A stretch of DNA of 64,000 nt, from assembly GCF_026210795.1 (NCBI RefSeq), contig NC_089429.1, positions 3,472,001 to 3,536,000 of the forward strand. The letters are read 5' to 3'. Under the pieces are notes generated by a model. The model worked only from the letters and a program-made list of their open reading frames with translations, was not told the DNA's origin and did no database searches. Each line of letters opens with the position of its first letter. The first letter of the stretch is position 1. Of this stretch, positions 16,975 to 31,587 are shown piece by piece. This DNA is from Rhizophagus irregularis (taxonomy: Eukaryota). Both the position numbers and the translations under genes were made by a program.

Positions 16975-18516
16975 CTAATAGGGTCTTTTTGGTGTTTTGG
17001 TTGATAAATCTCTTTTACCACCAATTTGTTTTGCGGCTTTACCTATGTCAAAACCCGGTATATTAGGTATTTTTCCATCCTAGAAGATTACAGTTATAAA
17101 AAATTGGTGAGAAAGTTTTCATATATATTAACAAATATGTATAAATTTACCTTAATTGGGCAATCAATCATGGCTTTCCTATCCAAACTTGGGTTTATGG
17201 TAATTAAAAGAATTTTGATTGTCAGTGTTAATTTATAGTCGATTTCCAGTTTTTGTTTCTCTCCTCCTCCGGTTAATCCACATTTTTGGGCAATGTCAAA
17301 AAGGATAGCAAATCCTGGATCAATATCCTTATTGTAATTTACAGAGAATGGAAAATCAATAATGGTTTTTCCTTTAGCTGCGATAGTCACATCGGTCAAA
17401 TTTCCGCCTCCAATTGGATCTGAATGTCCGGGATAAAATGCCTACATTAAATATGAATCAGATTTGAATATAATAATTTTGATTCTTTTTAAAAAAAGAG
17501 TCGAAACTTACAATTGCTTTGATCATTTCAAAATTTGCGCCAACTATATTTGGATTATCGACTTGGATTTGTAAACCAAAATTAAAATCAAATCCTGCGG
17601 TATTAGCATTGTATGCTGGTAAACCGTTGGGCGAAGGAACAATGCCCAAGAAATCGACTTTTGGAGGACGTGCCCATAATAAAACAGCAGCTGCAATTCC
17701 AATAATAAGTAAAACAAGGATACAACATATAATTGCACAGGCCTTGCAACAAGTGATGCGACCACCACAACAGCAATATTTCATTAGTCCACCCGGTTTT
17801 GCGCGTTTTTCATCATCATCATCATAATCAAGGAAAGGTTTGCTAGAGTATGCACTAGTTGGGCTAAGGGGGTTTTCTTGACCATGATTGGTTGGACCGG
17901 GATTTGGTGAGGATGTAGAAGAGGTAGAATACATTCCTTTAGACAAAGCACTGTCGCTATAGGGATCTGCTGGACGACCACCATATGGAACTTGATGAGT
18001 AGGAATCGGATTAATGGGTGGATGAGTAGGGTTCATCCCAGGCATAACTGGAGAACTTGGATGTTTCACCGGGGAAGGAATGTAAGGAGTGTTATAACTA
18101 GTTTTTGTATCGTTAAAAGGAGTGGTATAAGGATTTTTATAACGAGCATTAGAATGCGATGATATATTATTAGGATTTGAATACCCTGAATCATCATATG
18201 CACTGCCAACAGGACTTGTAGATTTGATATTGGAATAATGTGTATCATTACTATATCCATTCCTAGGATCGGGATATATTCCACCGCCATCATAATTATT
18301 ATTATTATAATTGACTTGCGAATTGTTGATATATTGTGGACGATAATCATTTTGAGCATGGTTTTCATATTGAGGGCTTCTTGGATATAAATTATTGTCA
18401 TGCTCATTCTTGCTATAAAGGTCACCAACATTTCCTCCCTGATTACTAAAATTTTGATAATATCTAGCGCTTTGGGGATTATAATAGTCCATATTATTAT
18501 TATAATTGTAATCCAT
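16975..18516 (-). CDS. Single-pass membrane protein: N/P/Y-rich disordered N-terminus, Cys-rich TM helix, LEA_2-like domain
   Basis: CCCGG..CCKACAIICCILVLLIIGIAAAVLLWARPPKVDF, then VDNPN. Two introns, with the stop at 16975. Confidence 0.7.
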
Positions 18517-19812
18517 CTTTAGGGTTAATCAATAAAAAATAATAAATTAATCTTTTTTCACCGAAAATTTTCTAAAATTATAAAAGTTCAGTATTATTAT
18601 ACAGAAGTAATAAATATTATATATATAAATAATTTTGAGGGAATCGTTGCTTTTTTATTTATTACCCTCGTTCCGGAACGTATATATATACGTTATAAAA
18701 AGAAACAAAAAAGTTTGAACGTCGAAAAGTTTTGCAATAAGTTGCAAACTTAACAAAACGCATTTATTTGTTTCTTATATTAGATTATTACTAAATGCTT
18801 TTTTTACAAGTTTTAAAATTAAACCCGCGCAAAAATGTAACCCCAACCCAAATTAAACCGGCTTCGCAACTGAGGCGAAGTTTAATAAAAAATATGCTAG
18901 TGCAAAAAAAACAAATAAGTAACGTAAGCAAAAAAAACGAGAATTTTTAGGCTAAGCCAATGTCTTTTAAACGCAAAAGAGGCTTGGAAGCTGCGGATAC
19001 GATAAAAGGGATACGATAAAAGGAGTATAAGGAGTAAAAGGAGTAAAAGGAGAGGATAGAGAAGAAATTGAAGTGGGGGAGGAGAAATAATTGGAGGACT
19101 AAAGTCGTCAGACTTGCCTCTTTGCGTTGTTGACGTATTAGTGATGATGAAAACTTTGCACCAGGCAAGATAAAAGAAATAAACGATTGCAAACTTTTGC
19201 TTGTAAAACGAAGAAAACTATTTAATTAAAACAAACCGATATTGGTTAAACAAAGGTTATTAAAAGAAAATTTATTATGCATATATAGTATATATAATGT
19301 ATACAACTTATTCAAAACCAGAAAGACGACCTACCATCTAAATAAGGAAATGCATTCAAGCTCATTTATGACTCCCTTGTATCTGTAATCTGTTGATCGA
19401 TCATTTTTTCTCCTGTATGTACTTATTGTATTTATCAACGAGCCACAACTTGATCCCTTGTTCAAGATGAACACTTGGATTAGAATTACGTCAGATAAAA
19501 TCTTTTGCCATTTTTTCGTTTATATAAATATATAATGTTCAGTCAAATTTCTAAATTATTCATTATTCGAACTTAATATATATATAACAAAAATTTTCTC
19601 GAATTGAATTAATTTGCTGCGGCGTACAAATTTTAAAATAAATTAATAAATCAATGATCACCAATTGTCACCTGATTAATAACACATTTACTACACAAAC
19701 TTGCCGCATTCGTCCTCATCACAAAAGTAAACAAATCGAAAACTAATAGTTCATATTTTCTACTTTTACCTTTTTAATAACCTTCTTTTCAAGGGTTTTT
19801 TTAAAAAAAACT

Positions 19813-21317
19813 ATGACAGAACAAACGCCACAGACCGCTGTCGATCAAAGTGTTTCAGCAACTTCAAATGTTGCTCCCACTTCTACTGCTACTCCGTCAG
19901 CTTCAACACACATTCAAACGCAACAGCAACTGCAGCAGCAACAACAAAACCAGGCGTTTATGCAGCAGGTTCGTAGAAAGAAAATTTATTTTCATTGTTT
20001 TATAAAGGTTACTTATTTAATGTTATGAAGGTTAATCTTATTTATTGATAATAATTTTAAACAATCTTAGTTTTGGAGTCGACAAATTACTCTTGCAGAA
20101 CAGTTTGAAAGTGACTTTAAAAATCATCCTCTACCTCTAGCTAGAATTAAGAAAGTCATGAAAAGTGATCAGGATGTTAAGGTAAGCATTTAGATAATAA
20201 AAATTATTCTTAATGAATACTATTATAATTGTTTTAAATTATACTAATTTATATAAAATTGAATCAAAAAACTTAGATGATTAGTGCAGAGGTAGTCTTT
20301 TTTTTTAATTAATTGTTAAAAAAATTATAAATGCTCAACTCTTTACACAATATCATGTCATCAATTAGGCACCAATCTTATTCTCCAAAGCCTGTGAAAT
20401 TTTTATATCTGAAATTACAATGCGAGCATGGATCCATGCTGAAGAAAACAAACGTCGCACCCTACAACGTAGTGATGTTGCTTCTGCAGTTAGCAGATCT
20501 GATCAATTCGATTTCTTGATTGATATCGTTCCAAGAGAGGAAGTACCTAAAAGTTCAAATAGAAGACCTAAGGAAGAACCTGTAGGCGTTAATGCTTTTT
20601 GATGTATATTGCGTTTATAAAAGATTTTTTTTCGTATAATGGTTGTCTTTTTATTCTTATAAGAGTATCTTGATTTATATTTTTTAAAAACAAATTTTCA
20701 ATAAAAAATAAATTTTAAGCAAACAGAACATATATTTGCCGAACAAAATACTTTAGCTTATTATCCACCTCAACATGGAATGCAATACCAACCAGATCCC
20801 ACTACTGCTTCCTATTATCAACAGGTAAGGAATTAAAATTTGTTGGGCACCTTATTATAAACGTTAATCTTTTCCATCTTATGATCAATATCTAATAATT
20901 AAGAAAAAGAATTCGAATGACACAAATGTTGTTTAGCTTCAAGCAGAACATATTCGACATGAAATTCACCTACAAGAACAACTTCGCATTCAACACCAAA
21001 AATTTCAACAAGATCAACAACAATCATCAACATCCTCAGATACAACATCGCAAACAGTAGTAGCTCAACAACAGGAACAAACCCAAACATCACAACAACA
21101 TTCTTCTCAACAATCAACACCATATGATCATAAACAAACTTCACAACAAATAAAAACCTCCGCTCCACCTTCTACCACTCCGTCGGATGGTACAGTGATA
21201 GATGCTTTATTAACTGCTGCAAACGACGTAGCAAGACATCAACCACAAGAATCAGAAGACCAAGATAGACAACGTTCTAAATCTACACGGAAAGGTTCAA
21301 AGAAAACGAAAAAGTAG
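19813..21317 (+). CDS. HAP5: CCAAT-binding factor subunit Hap5 / NF-YC, spliced
   Basis: [65 protein letters not shown]...[10 protein letters not shown]. Includes a 15-nt micro-exon (MISAE) and a Q-rich tail. Confidence 0.95.
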
Positions 21318-21596
21318 ATAAATATAATTTAACTCTCTAGGGAGGTCAAATGTATATAGTGAGATATGAATAGCATATATTTTCTGATAATCCGAGTAAT
21401 TTGAATAAAAAGAGTATCTATTCCAGATTAGCGAATTTATTAAACTAAATTTGCCACAACCATTTTAAAATTTCTGATTTTTCTAGTGAAAATACATAGT
21501 TATACAGTCACGTTAGCGGTACGTAAGTGCGCAACTATTGTAATAATTGCACGATATCACCTATATATCAGAGTAAAGACATATATATTTATATAC

Positions 21597-23461
21597 TCAT
21601 TCAGAACATTTGTTATTTGTTGCACCGCATTTTAAATAATTCTCTACAATTTTTGCGTCTAACTCTTGATAATAAGGTAATTTTGCCAAAGGTTTTGGAT
21701 CTAAATCGATAACATTAACTTTGTAAACATACGGCTTATCAAGGTAATTATCGTAAGGATACTTATTCAGAGAATCACTAATGGGCGATTGTGTTTCAGA
21801 CAAAGATATTTGTTGAAGTCTTTCTTTGTTTTGGAAAATTTGACTTAAAAACAAGAACAAGAAAATACTTTATGGATCAATAATTAATTAGCCATGGCCT
21901 AACCCGAAAAATGTAAAGAATACCTTGAATGAGATTTTTGTTCAGCAAAATCGCGTATATCAGATTTCCGAAAAGAAAAGATTATAGAACAGTCCTTCAA
22001 TGTAGCAGACATCAAATATTCGTATATCCGCTGATGAATTTGTTTATTTTCCATTGTAGACATAAACTCGAGCACTAATTAAAAATCAGTGTAAATAGTT
22101 ATAAGAGTAATAATAATAATAATAATAATTTCTATCTTATTCAAACCATTTTCATTATTACTATTATTTGCGGTGGTTCTCTTCATATATTCATCTACTA
22201 TCAATTTCCATTCTTCTAATAATGGTTCTGATAATTTCGGTCGGAGAGTTATTAAGAGTTTATTAATTCCTTCAATGTCTAGTTCATCTAAAGTTTTTTG
22301 TAATATCTTTAGCCTTCTAAACAAATATTGTTCTTTCATAATAACTTGTATCAATAGAACAATAAGCATATCAATTACATAACTGTAAATGAATAGGAAT
22401 TAACAATTAATAGTGCTACGTTTTATCAATTAGGTATTATGTAAACTTACTGCTGTTTTTTATCATCCAATTCAGGGTAACCGATCTCAAAAAACTCACA
22501 TAGCGAAGTCAGCCAATTCTCCTGTATTCATATAGTTTATGTTTAATATCATTATACTACTTATATATAATTTAATTCAACTTACTTTTCCAATCTCAAT
22601 TTGCAGCCCTTGTATAAATAATTTTAAATTACTTCCAGGACAGTCTATTAAGGCCTCTATTGCCTTTCTTATTCTTTTATCTTCCAGAGAAAATAAATCT
22701 AATGGACAATATCTTGTGACGTCATCTGTTGGACCTCGTTTAAGGTACTTATGCATACAGAAACGACATGATTGAAATTTTACAAAATTTTCAATGAAAG
22801 GAGAAGATGGCAAAAATGCCCATTTAGGCTGAGCTCAAAAAGAGAATAATATAATAATATTATAAAAAAATGAATAAATCAGTATCATAAGAAAGAATAA
22901 AGTCTACCTTTAACTCTACAGAAAGCGTGGGACTAATATTCGACGGGAACACCGTATGATCAGGTGTTAAAATAGCATATTTCTGATTGTGATCGATATC
23001 TTTTTGGGTTCGCTTATTGGATCGTATCTTAAGAACTGATTTAGACAAAGCTTTAAGAAACTCCGGCTGTACTTCCAACAATATCTATAATCACCTTTTA
23101 TTTAAATAAGGTCAAATGGAAATTTTAATAAAGTTTAAATTGTCTTTATTTACCGATTCACCGACGTATTTATCACCAATTAATGGCTTCATAATGAAAT
23201 TTGCATAAGAATACGTAAAGTATTGAGGATCAATAATTGTATCCAATTGATTATCCTTTCGCAAGCGAAGTACCGTAGCTGACTACATATAAATGCATGA
23301 AATTATTGGAAAAAATTAAGTAATAATAATGATATCATTTTTAAGCGTACAAATCTAGCATTTTCGCCAACATATGATAATGTTATATTTGCGTTGCCTT
23401 CTGCCTTGAATTTCCATAAAGTCGTGTTATAAAGTTCGGGAATAGTTTCGACGCGCGCCAT
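21597..23461 (-). CDS. IPK1: Inositol-pentakisphosphate 2-kinase, spliced
   Basis: WKFKAEGNANI, SVELK|PKWAF, CRFCMHK, YCPLDLFS, MSATLKDCS and VIDLDPKP motifs. Confidence 0.9.
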
Positions 23462-23627
23462 TCATCAATTACTTATAACAAAAAGTCACGGGATGTTCAA
23501 GAAAAGTCATTTTATCTGGATTGATCAGCAAAATAGTAAAAAAATTTCCAGATTACGTATTGTGCAACCTATAAAAATGATAAATAGAAATTTAAAACTA
23601 TCGAAATTTGTTCTTTTAAAGGATAAA

Positions 23628-24600
23628 ATGTCCAAGTTCACAATATTTGTTTCGGGCAGCATTAATTTGCCGGTATGTATTAATAAATGATATTGAAAAA
23701 ACGCGAAAACAAATTTTTGAAATTCCAAACGCTTTTTAATTGTGAAAGGCCAGAGCCGTTGTCAAAGAGCTAAATAAACACGATGACAAAATTACAAAGC
23801 TACGGCTTGGCTTGTTACCAGGTCAAACTACCTTGGATCTTGTAAGAGGATATACGGAAGTATTTTATATAAATCCTTCCGAACGTAATACTATTAATGT
23901 AGCGTTGGAAGGCGTTGATGCGGCATTTGTCTGGGATTCAGAGCTTGAAGATAAAAGTCATTTAAATGATTTTATTGATATAGCCGTGGAAAAGGGAGTC
24001 AAACAACTTGTCGTACTTAGTGCTTATAATACAAACCCTCTAGCAGCTGAAGATATTGAGAAATATATCATTTCAAAACAAATTCCTTCTTATACATTCC
24101 TCCGTGTTCCTTTTTTTACTCATCATCTTAACCTCTATACCGATTCAATTATTAAAGAAAAAGTTTTGCCTTTGCCAATTGGATTTGAAGGGACTTTTTC
24201 ACCTTTAGATGATCGTGATTTTGGTGAAGTGGTTGCAACTATCTTATTAGCTGGTGTAACCGAAAATCCTTACAATAAAATGATCTATACTCTTACCGGA
24301 CCAAAGTTATATAGTGGACCACAACTAGCTGAAAAATTATCAATAATAATGAATGACCAAATTGATTTTCGAGGTACTTCACAAAATGAGGCTGAAGCTT
24401 TTTTGATACAAGCGATTCCATCCGAGTTTCGTAACAAAAATCAATTAGTAAAGCATTATCTTGAATTTTATCGTTTAATTCGTGATGGAGAAATTGGGAT
24501 GACAACAGATGATGTAAAGAAAATAATGGGAGATGAAAAGTCACCAAGAGATATTGAGGGTTATTTTGGAGAAGTATTGTTGCAAACTATCTCTATCTAA
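23628..24600 (+). CDS. NmrA-like atypical SDR / Rossmann-fold protein, two exons
   Basis: ALEGVDAAF, AVEKGVKQLVVLSA, YTFLRVPFF, DDRDFGEVVATIL, YTLTGP and TTDDVKKIMG. Exon 1 is MSKFTIFVSGSINLP. Confidence 0.8.
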
Positions 24601-25652
24601 CATTGGTATTTAATTTAATGAGGTGCTACGTGTAATTTTATTTTGCAATTATTCTATCCTTCACATTTATTTTTCTTCATTGTAATCAATTTTTTAAAAT
24701 CTTTATCATCAGCATTTTCTATTGTTGTGTCTTTGACATTATTTTCTTTTTTTATTTGATTAGCCATTTAAAATAGTATTCCCTTCTAAAAAGTTTTAAT
24801 TTTATAATAAATATATGCCAATTATTAATTAAGTTAATATAATTTAATATATATTATAAAAATAACATTTCAGATAAATTTAATTAGCAAAATAATACTT
24901 TACTCTTATAATATTTGTTATATATTGCTTTACTAAAATTATATATAATTACCAAAATTAAAATTTTATTACTAATAATAAAAATTCTAATATACAGTAT
25001 ATATATTATATTATTCTGTCATCCTACCAGAGTTTAGGAGTTATGCACTTGCACGTGATAGCGTTAAACTTAACTCCAGCCAGTGCGTAAACTAATATCG
25101 TACACATGATGCGTAAGTTATATTGCCAATAATTGATAATTAATATTTATAATGAAAATCACCTGTAGTGAGATTTAGCAATACTATTGCAACAAGTTAT
25201 ATATACAAACTTTGTATTATACATTATACTATTTTATCAAATTACTATAAATAGAACAAATAAAAAACAAATAAAAAAATGAATTTTTAAATAAAAAAGA
25301 TGCCTAAAAATATTAATTTAAAGTAGAAACCTTTAATAAAGTTTGCATATAAGTAACTTTTGAAATTTTGTGTAATCTGTTTTTTTATATATAAAGTATA
25401 AACTTGCCTAAAAGTTGGAATTTTCATTTTAAAATCAAAGTTTTTATTTAAAAATGCAATAAAATTTATTGATTTTAAGAAATTTTATTTTTATTTTATT
25501 TTTCCTATTTATTTATTTATTTATTTTTGCTGTAGCACATTCAATATTTATTAAAATAATGCATTAAATCAAATACACATATATAATACAATTTAAAAAC
25601 TATTTTAACTAATTACTGTATATCGTGGGCCACAATACCCCCCTACACAGTA

Positions 25653-25804
25653 CTCCTTTAAAAAAATTTATCGTAATTTTAAAGTATCCAGATACTTTAC
25701 ACAGAAATTTTCAATTTAAAATCTTAGAATTTGTAAAATACTCAGGATATAAATACTTATTTATAATATAATATTCTGAATACAACTTTATTTATTAAAT
25801 GGAG
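25653..25804. mobile_element. Possible small Tc1/mariner (Stowaway-like) MITE
   Basis: TA|CTCCTTTA ... TAAATGGAG|TA termini. The inverted repeat is short and imperfect. Confidence 0.35.
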
Positions 25805-26169
25805 TACAGTCAATTCTCTTTATAGTCATACATTTGGGACAGTCCATATTTGGTGATTATGAGCAAACAGTCTTATGACTTTATCTTTTATTATAAATTT
25901 TAACGAAAAGCACAATAATCAAATCAAATAATATTACAAACAAAATATAGAAATTTAAACATAAAAAATAAAAAGAACTAGCTTCACGATTCATATAAGT
26001 AAAGAAATCTAAACAAAATAAAATTAAGTAAAGAAAAACTAAACTATTACAGAATACGCATACCCCAACTTTACCCGAAGGCCAGTGTGAGTCAACTATC
26101 CAGCATGCCCTAAGATCCAATCCGTTACCAAAAAGAAATCTTACGTAGAGACTGAACTGTTAAGTGGCG

Positions 26170-29100
26170 CTAAAAATCCAAGTGCGAGAGCCAAGACCCA
26201 CCTTGGATTATAGAAGAGGAAACCCAAAAAACCCAGAAATCCAAGGAAACTGTCGCCAAGGAAGGTGTCAAAGAGTCAGGAGGAATATTAGGGAAAAGGT
26301 GAGAAATAATAGAAGGTCCAAAAGTGGACGATTTCATCTTTTTAGTGATGCCTTGAGCTGATTCCCAATGATGAAAGAAAATGGAACAGCACAACCAGAT
26401 TTGAACATAAAGGTCAAAATGAAAGTTGTGCAAAGGTGTATCTAAAATAGACCATATGGTGGATAATGAAAAATAATTTCCAAGAAATCCAGTTAGGGAT
26501 ATTGGTATAAGTCCACGTGCGAGTCTCAGGCAAGAGGACAAAGGAGGGTCACAATGCCAACAGTCAATAGCCATGAATTTAGCATCAAAAGAATCTGGTA
26601 AAGGTTTTAAAGATGTCGTGGAAATGAATTTATCTAAATAATTAGATTGAAGATCCAGTAAAAGTGTTTTAAAGGTAGTGAGAGGGCTAAATTCGGGTAA
26701 GATATAAGGACAAGTCCACAAGTGGTTTAAAGTCTCGGGAAAGGAGTTGCATTGAGGGCAAAGTCAACTCAGGTCATAGAGATGAGGCTTTCGTCTCTGA
26801 AGAGTTGTAAGTGTCGGAAGCATATCTAATAGTATCTTGACACGGAAAGCACAGAATTCGGAACGACCATTCCGATAGGAAAAGAATTGTTTTTTGTTGT
26901 TAAGACAAAATTTGGTACAAGCCCAATCAATATCAGAAATAGAAGAATTAGAATTAAATCTTGGTAATACAGCAAGAGTTAAAAGACTCTTAGCGTCAAA
27001 AATATTGCTAATAAACTTCTGGATATTCATATCCACAGATAAAGAATTAAATTGTAAAATGCAAGGAGCGAGAGGTTCAGACAACGACTGAAAGAAGAGA
27101 TGCGAGTCTGTATGGGCGGCTTTAGCTAATGCATCCACATAATTATTCAAAGGGTCGTCAGCATGAGCAGGAACCTTGATCAAAGTAACATCCAGATTCT
27201 TTTGTGAGATAATATTTCGTACAGAGGACCACAAAAGGTGGTTGGGTTCTTTAAGCATTCTAGGAATAAAAGGAGCGTCCACGTACAAGGACCATAAGGA
27301 AATTAATTGGGCACAATCAGTGGCGACAGTAATCTTAGAATTCTGGGGGAGAGAGTCCAGTCCATGCAATAAAGCAAAAATTTCTGAACGTAATGCAGAG
27401 GGAAAAATAGAAGGAATGATATTATAAAAGGATTCAAGAATAAATCCATCCAAATCTATAGCAGTTTATGCAAAAGCCATCGAAGGTATCGGATGACTAG
27501 GAGGAGGAAAGAAGGAACCATTAATATAAAGTGTAGACACCGGAGAAGGGAGATGGACATCAGAAATCATAGACACTTGATTATTCACAGGGACTAATCG
27601 ATTCAGGACAAAAAGATGAAATAATAAAAGAGATTTGGCAAAGCCTAATGAGGCGGAAAGTAAAACTGAACGAGTGTTCGCATGTATATAAGTACGAGGT
27701 TTCGTAGGGTAACGGATCAAAGATGTTAAAGGAACATAGGAAAATAATCTTCAGAGAGACATCATTTAATTAGCATCTTAGAGGTAGAGGAGCAGGGGAT
27801 AGCAGAGGCACAACCACGGCATGCAGTAAATTCAGAAAGTAAGTCATCAACAGATGACGCAATCCAATGCGAAATAAGAGCTTCATTTCGCGGAGTAGAA
27901 TAGGTAATAATCACACGGCCAACGAGGAAAGAGTTAGTATTACGATTAAAAGAAATAGCCCATTGAGGGTTAAACAAATAATTTCGACTAATATCTATTA
28001 AAGAAATGGAAGCTACAGTATGGGAAATAGGAATTCTAAATTGCGGTAAAACAAAAAAAGAAGGAGAATTAGAAGTAACAATAAGATTAAATAAATAATT
28101 GAACCAAGCAGGTACAGATCCTTTGTTTGAAACTCGTTTAAGAAAGCGTAAATCTTTCTATGAGAGAAGTTGAGAGCCACACGGTGTAATCAATTGGGCA
28201 AGATAACGAGTGCAGAAATTCTTCCGAACATTTTTCATGGAAGTAAATAAGTTTTTTGGTAAAATAGTCCAAAGTGAAATCGCCGGACGTAGATCTTTTC
28301 TTATAGGTCGGAATGATAAAGACCACATGATATTCAATCGAGAAAAAAATAATAAAGAGTTGAACAAAGAATGTGTTCGCAGGGAAAAAGTATGAGACCA
28401 TGGTTCCAAGTCGATAGTAGAAGGACAGGCATCACAGTCCAAGAATCCTTGGAGATAAGTAATCATATAGTTGGCAAAAAGCTTATATAAAGGGTAAAAG
28501 AAAATTTTTTGCCATGAAGCCACATGAGATGATAAGAATCGACTGAACGCTTGTTGAATTGAAAATGGCAATAATGTGAAAAGCGCGGGGAGAGGAGTGA
28601 CTGAAACAAGACCAGCCATCTGTCGAATAAGGAAAAGTATTGGAGAAACCATACGATTGATGGTGGATTCAGCAAATAATGTGGTTTGTAGGCGAAATTC
28701 TAGCCTCGGAAGTAGGACAACATTATAAAGATAAGTCACATGTTGTGCCAAAAGCTTTTTAGGACTAAGTAGAGCAGTCATGTCTTTAACCATGGAAGTG
28801 GTTTGATTATGAACAAAATGAGAAGAGGCCGAAAGACAAAACCAAACACCTAAAAAACGGAAAGACACGAATAAAGCTAACGCCTTTAAAGTAAGAGTAC
28901 AAATTGGGATTAAGGGAGATGGAAAAAGATTAAATATTATAGTTTGAGAAAATTGTTCAGAAGAAAGAAGGATATATTTTGCTGAATTTGCTTGAGTATT
29001 ATTTAAAGTATAAAATTCAGCAGTAATGGAAAGGCGATCTTTAATTCCTCGTTTAGATGAAGCAATCAAGGTAGAGTCATCCATAAATGTGATATGAGAA

Positions 29101-31560
29101 ACAGGGAGATTATGTTGTTTATATTCAATCAGAGAGTAATCCAATAATGCAGAGGATTTCAAAATAAAGGGATCACAAGCTTCTCGATTAAGTGTTGTAA
29201 GCAAAGGATCTAAATAAATCACCCATAATAACGGAGAAATAATTTCACCCTGGTCAATACCTATTTTAACTCTATATCCAGAAGTATTACCATAATGGGT
29301 AATAATTTTATTGTTGCGTCTAGTGAAAAGATTAATAATAAATTTGATCAACAAAGGTGGCTATGCAAACGGATTAAAGCCAATTTAAGCATGTTTAGGT
29401 CAATCGAGTCAAAGGCCTTAGAAATGTCTTGGGAAACTATCCATAACTCTTGGTCATCAGTTTTGTCAAAACGGCGTTGATGAATGATAGCATCGAGCAT
29501 CTTGATAGGAATATCAGTAGAACCGCCTGGTAGTCCAGCAAAATTACCACCTTGAAGCACTTAGTTATCAGCGAGGATTTTTGAAAGTCGAGTTGTAATG
29601 ACCTTAACCACACATTTTCGTACAGTTTCTAACAAGGTAATAGGTCGCGTATTCTTTAATTGGGCGTCAAATTCATGAGACTTCGGAATAGGATAAATAA
29701 GCGCTTCATGCCAATCAGCGGAAATATCACCATGAATAAGGCAGGCATTAGCTAACACAAGAGACAAATTGAAAGTTTCTCCAGTTAAATGTTTGAGCAT
29801 CTCATAAGAGATCTTAGAAGGACCAGAGGCTTTGTTATTAGGCATAGACTGGATAGTGTTCTTCCATTCTTCTTCCAGAATAGGAGACATGACCGAGTTA
29901 TATAAAGACGAGTCAATGTCAGAAATAGGAGTATATGCTCTTTGCCAGCGTGGAGGAAACGAATCTGTGGAAGAATACTGAACCAAAGGAGGAGTAACGA
30001 CCGATTGGAAATGTTTGATAGCAGCTTGTTTGATATCTAAAAGATCAGTAAGTAAAGTGGGTTTGGAGTCAATTACAACCAAAACTCTATCAAGAACGAT
30101 AGAGCGATGTTCCACTGACAAGGCTGAAGAAATAAAAGAGCCCAGTGTCGTAGAGAAATGTTCATCTCTAAGAGCGGTATAATACTCAATAGAGTCTATA
30201 CGATGTTGGTGAAATTGCGTGAAAAGATAGGTGGAGACCAAAGCTTTTTGTTAACGCAAAAATTTAACAAAAGCAGGAAGTGATGTTGTACTATAAATAG
30301 GTATAGTATAATCTACTAAAAGAGATTTGAGAAGAGTTAATTGTGTAGGTAAAGAATTAATCATTTTTGAAATTTGAGCAGGACGACTAGGCTGAGAGGT
30401 GATCAATTTGAACAATAATCTATCTAAGAATTTGTTGATAGCAATAAGCATTGTAAGCTCAGGAGGATATTTATGATGATGAGTATTAGATACATGTTGA
30501 AATGGTAGAGAATCAATGGCACCATCAAGAATAGAACGTTTAAGAGCGTGCCAAAGTTTGTCTAAAGGAAGAGCTGAAAGTAAAGATATGGAAGGATGGT
30601 GTGTGGCCAGATAAAACTCAAGACGGGAATTCACTTCATTGGAAAATACATCCCAAATATCATCCTTTAAATTTTTGTAAAGGAAAATGGTGCGCTGTTC
30701 ACTTTTTTTTTTAATCTAGCTTTAGCTAGAGTAGCGAAACAAGAACTAAAATCAAAGACTGTTATAAGTACACGGTGGTCAGTAAATTGATTATCATTCA
30801 GCTTAGGACAAGTTTCAACATGAGAGAAAAGACCAGGAGCAGGAAATCCAGGGGATGACCAAATATAATCAAGTCTAGAAGAACCATTTTGATGGTAAAA
30901 GGTAGGACTGGGACCTGAAATTGAAGAAATATGGGATTGATGATCCATAAAATATCGAGAAGAAAGTGATCGCAAGAATTTCAAATGATGTTGAAGAAGA
31001 TGTGAATGTGAAAGTTCATCTGCATTAAAGTTACCAAGAATGATTACATGGTAATTATTAGAACGGGCTTTATCAAGCCATAAATTAAGTTGTGCAAAAA
31101 TAGCATCACGTTCTTTATAATGGATAGAATGATAAGGAGGAATATAAACAGAAATAATAGAAATTTTTGTTTGATGAAAAAAAAGATCTAATTTTAAAAG
31201 ACGACCTTTCCAAGGATCAATCTTCTGAACATGTTTATGTAAAGGATGGCGAAGTAAAAGACCAACACCATCATGAGGTCGTGAATTAGAAGGAGAAGGA
31301 GCCCAATAGGATTTAAAATTATATAAAGAATGTTCATTATGATAAATAAATTTAGCACTAAATTAAGTGAGACGAGTATCATTTAAAGATAAGACACCAA
31401 AAGAAGAATGCAAGAAATAATTTAACAAATGCAATTGTCGAACAGGGGAACATAAACCATTAACATTCAGTTGTCCAAAATTAATAAGAGGGAAAGGAGA
31501 AAGGGAATGATTATTATAATTAATATTATTAGGTATCGCACTGTTAGGGGGTGAAATCCC
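26170..31560 (-). pseudogene. LINE ORF2: APE endonuclease, reverse transcriptase and RNase H, with stops and frameshifts
   Basis: Endonuclease: SRLDYIW, FTDHR. RT: PNNKASGPSKISYE, RPITLLE, QDISKAFDS, GIDQGEIISPLLW, FMDD. RNase H: RSEIFA, VATDC, KVPAHADDPLNNYVDALAK. Knuckle: CPQC...HLWTC. Confidence 0.92.
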
Positions 31561-31587
31561 TGTGAAGCACCTAATATAAATTGGTGT

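Noticed and set aside
17519..18431. Overlapping alternative and antisense ORFs
   Set aside because: Shadows of the long low-complexity exon of the membrane-protein gene.
20937..21060. Apparent frameshift in the last Hap5 exon
   Set aside because: Recounting the A-run (CAC CAA AAA TTT) keeps the frame open to 21317.
23628..24600. Recent bacterial horizontal transfer of the NmrA-like gene
   Set aside because: It has a spliceosomal intron and host-like composition. A phylogeny would be needed to claim transfer.
25020..25130. GC-richer patch that might be an RNA gene or TE end
   Set aside because: No cloverleaf, partner TIR or TSD could be identified.
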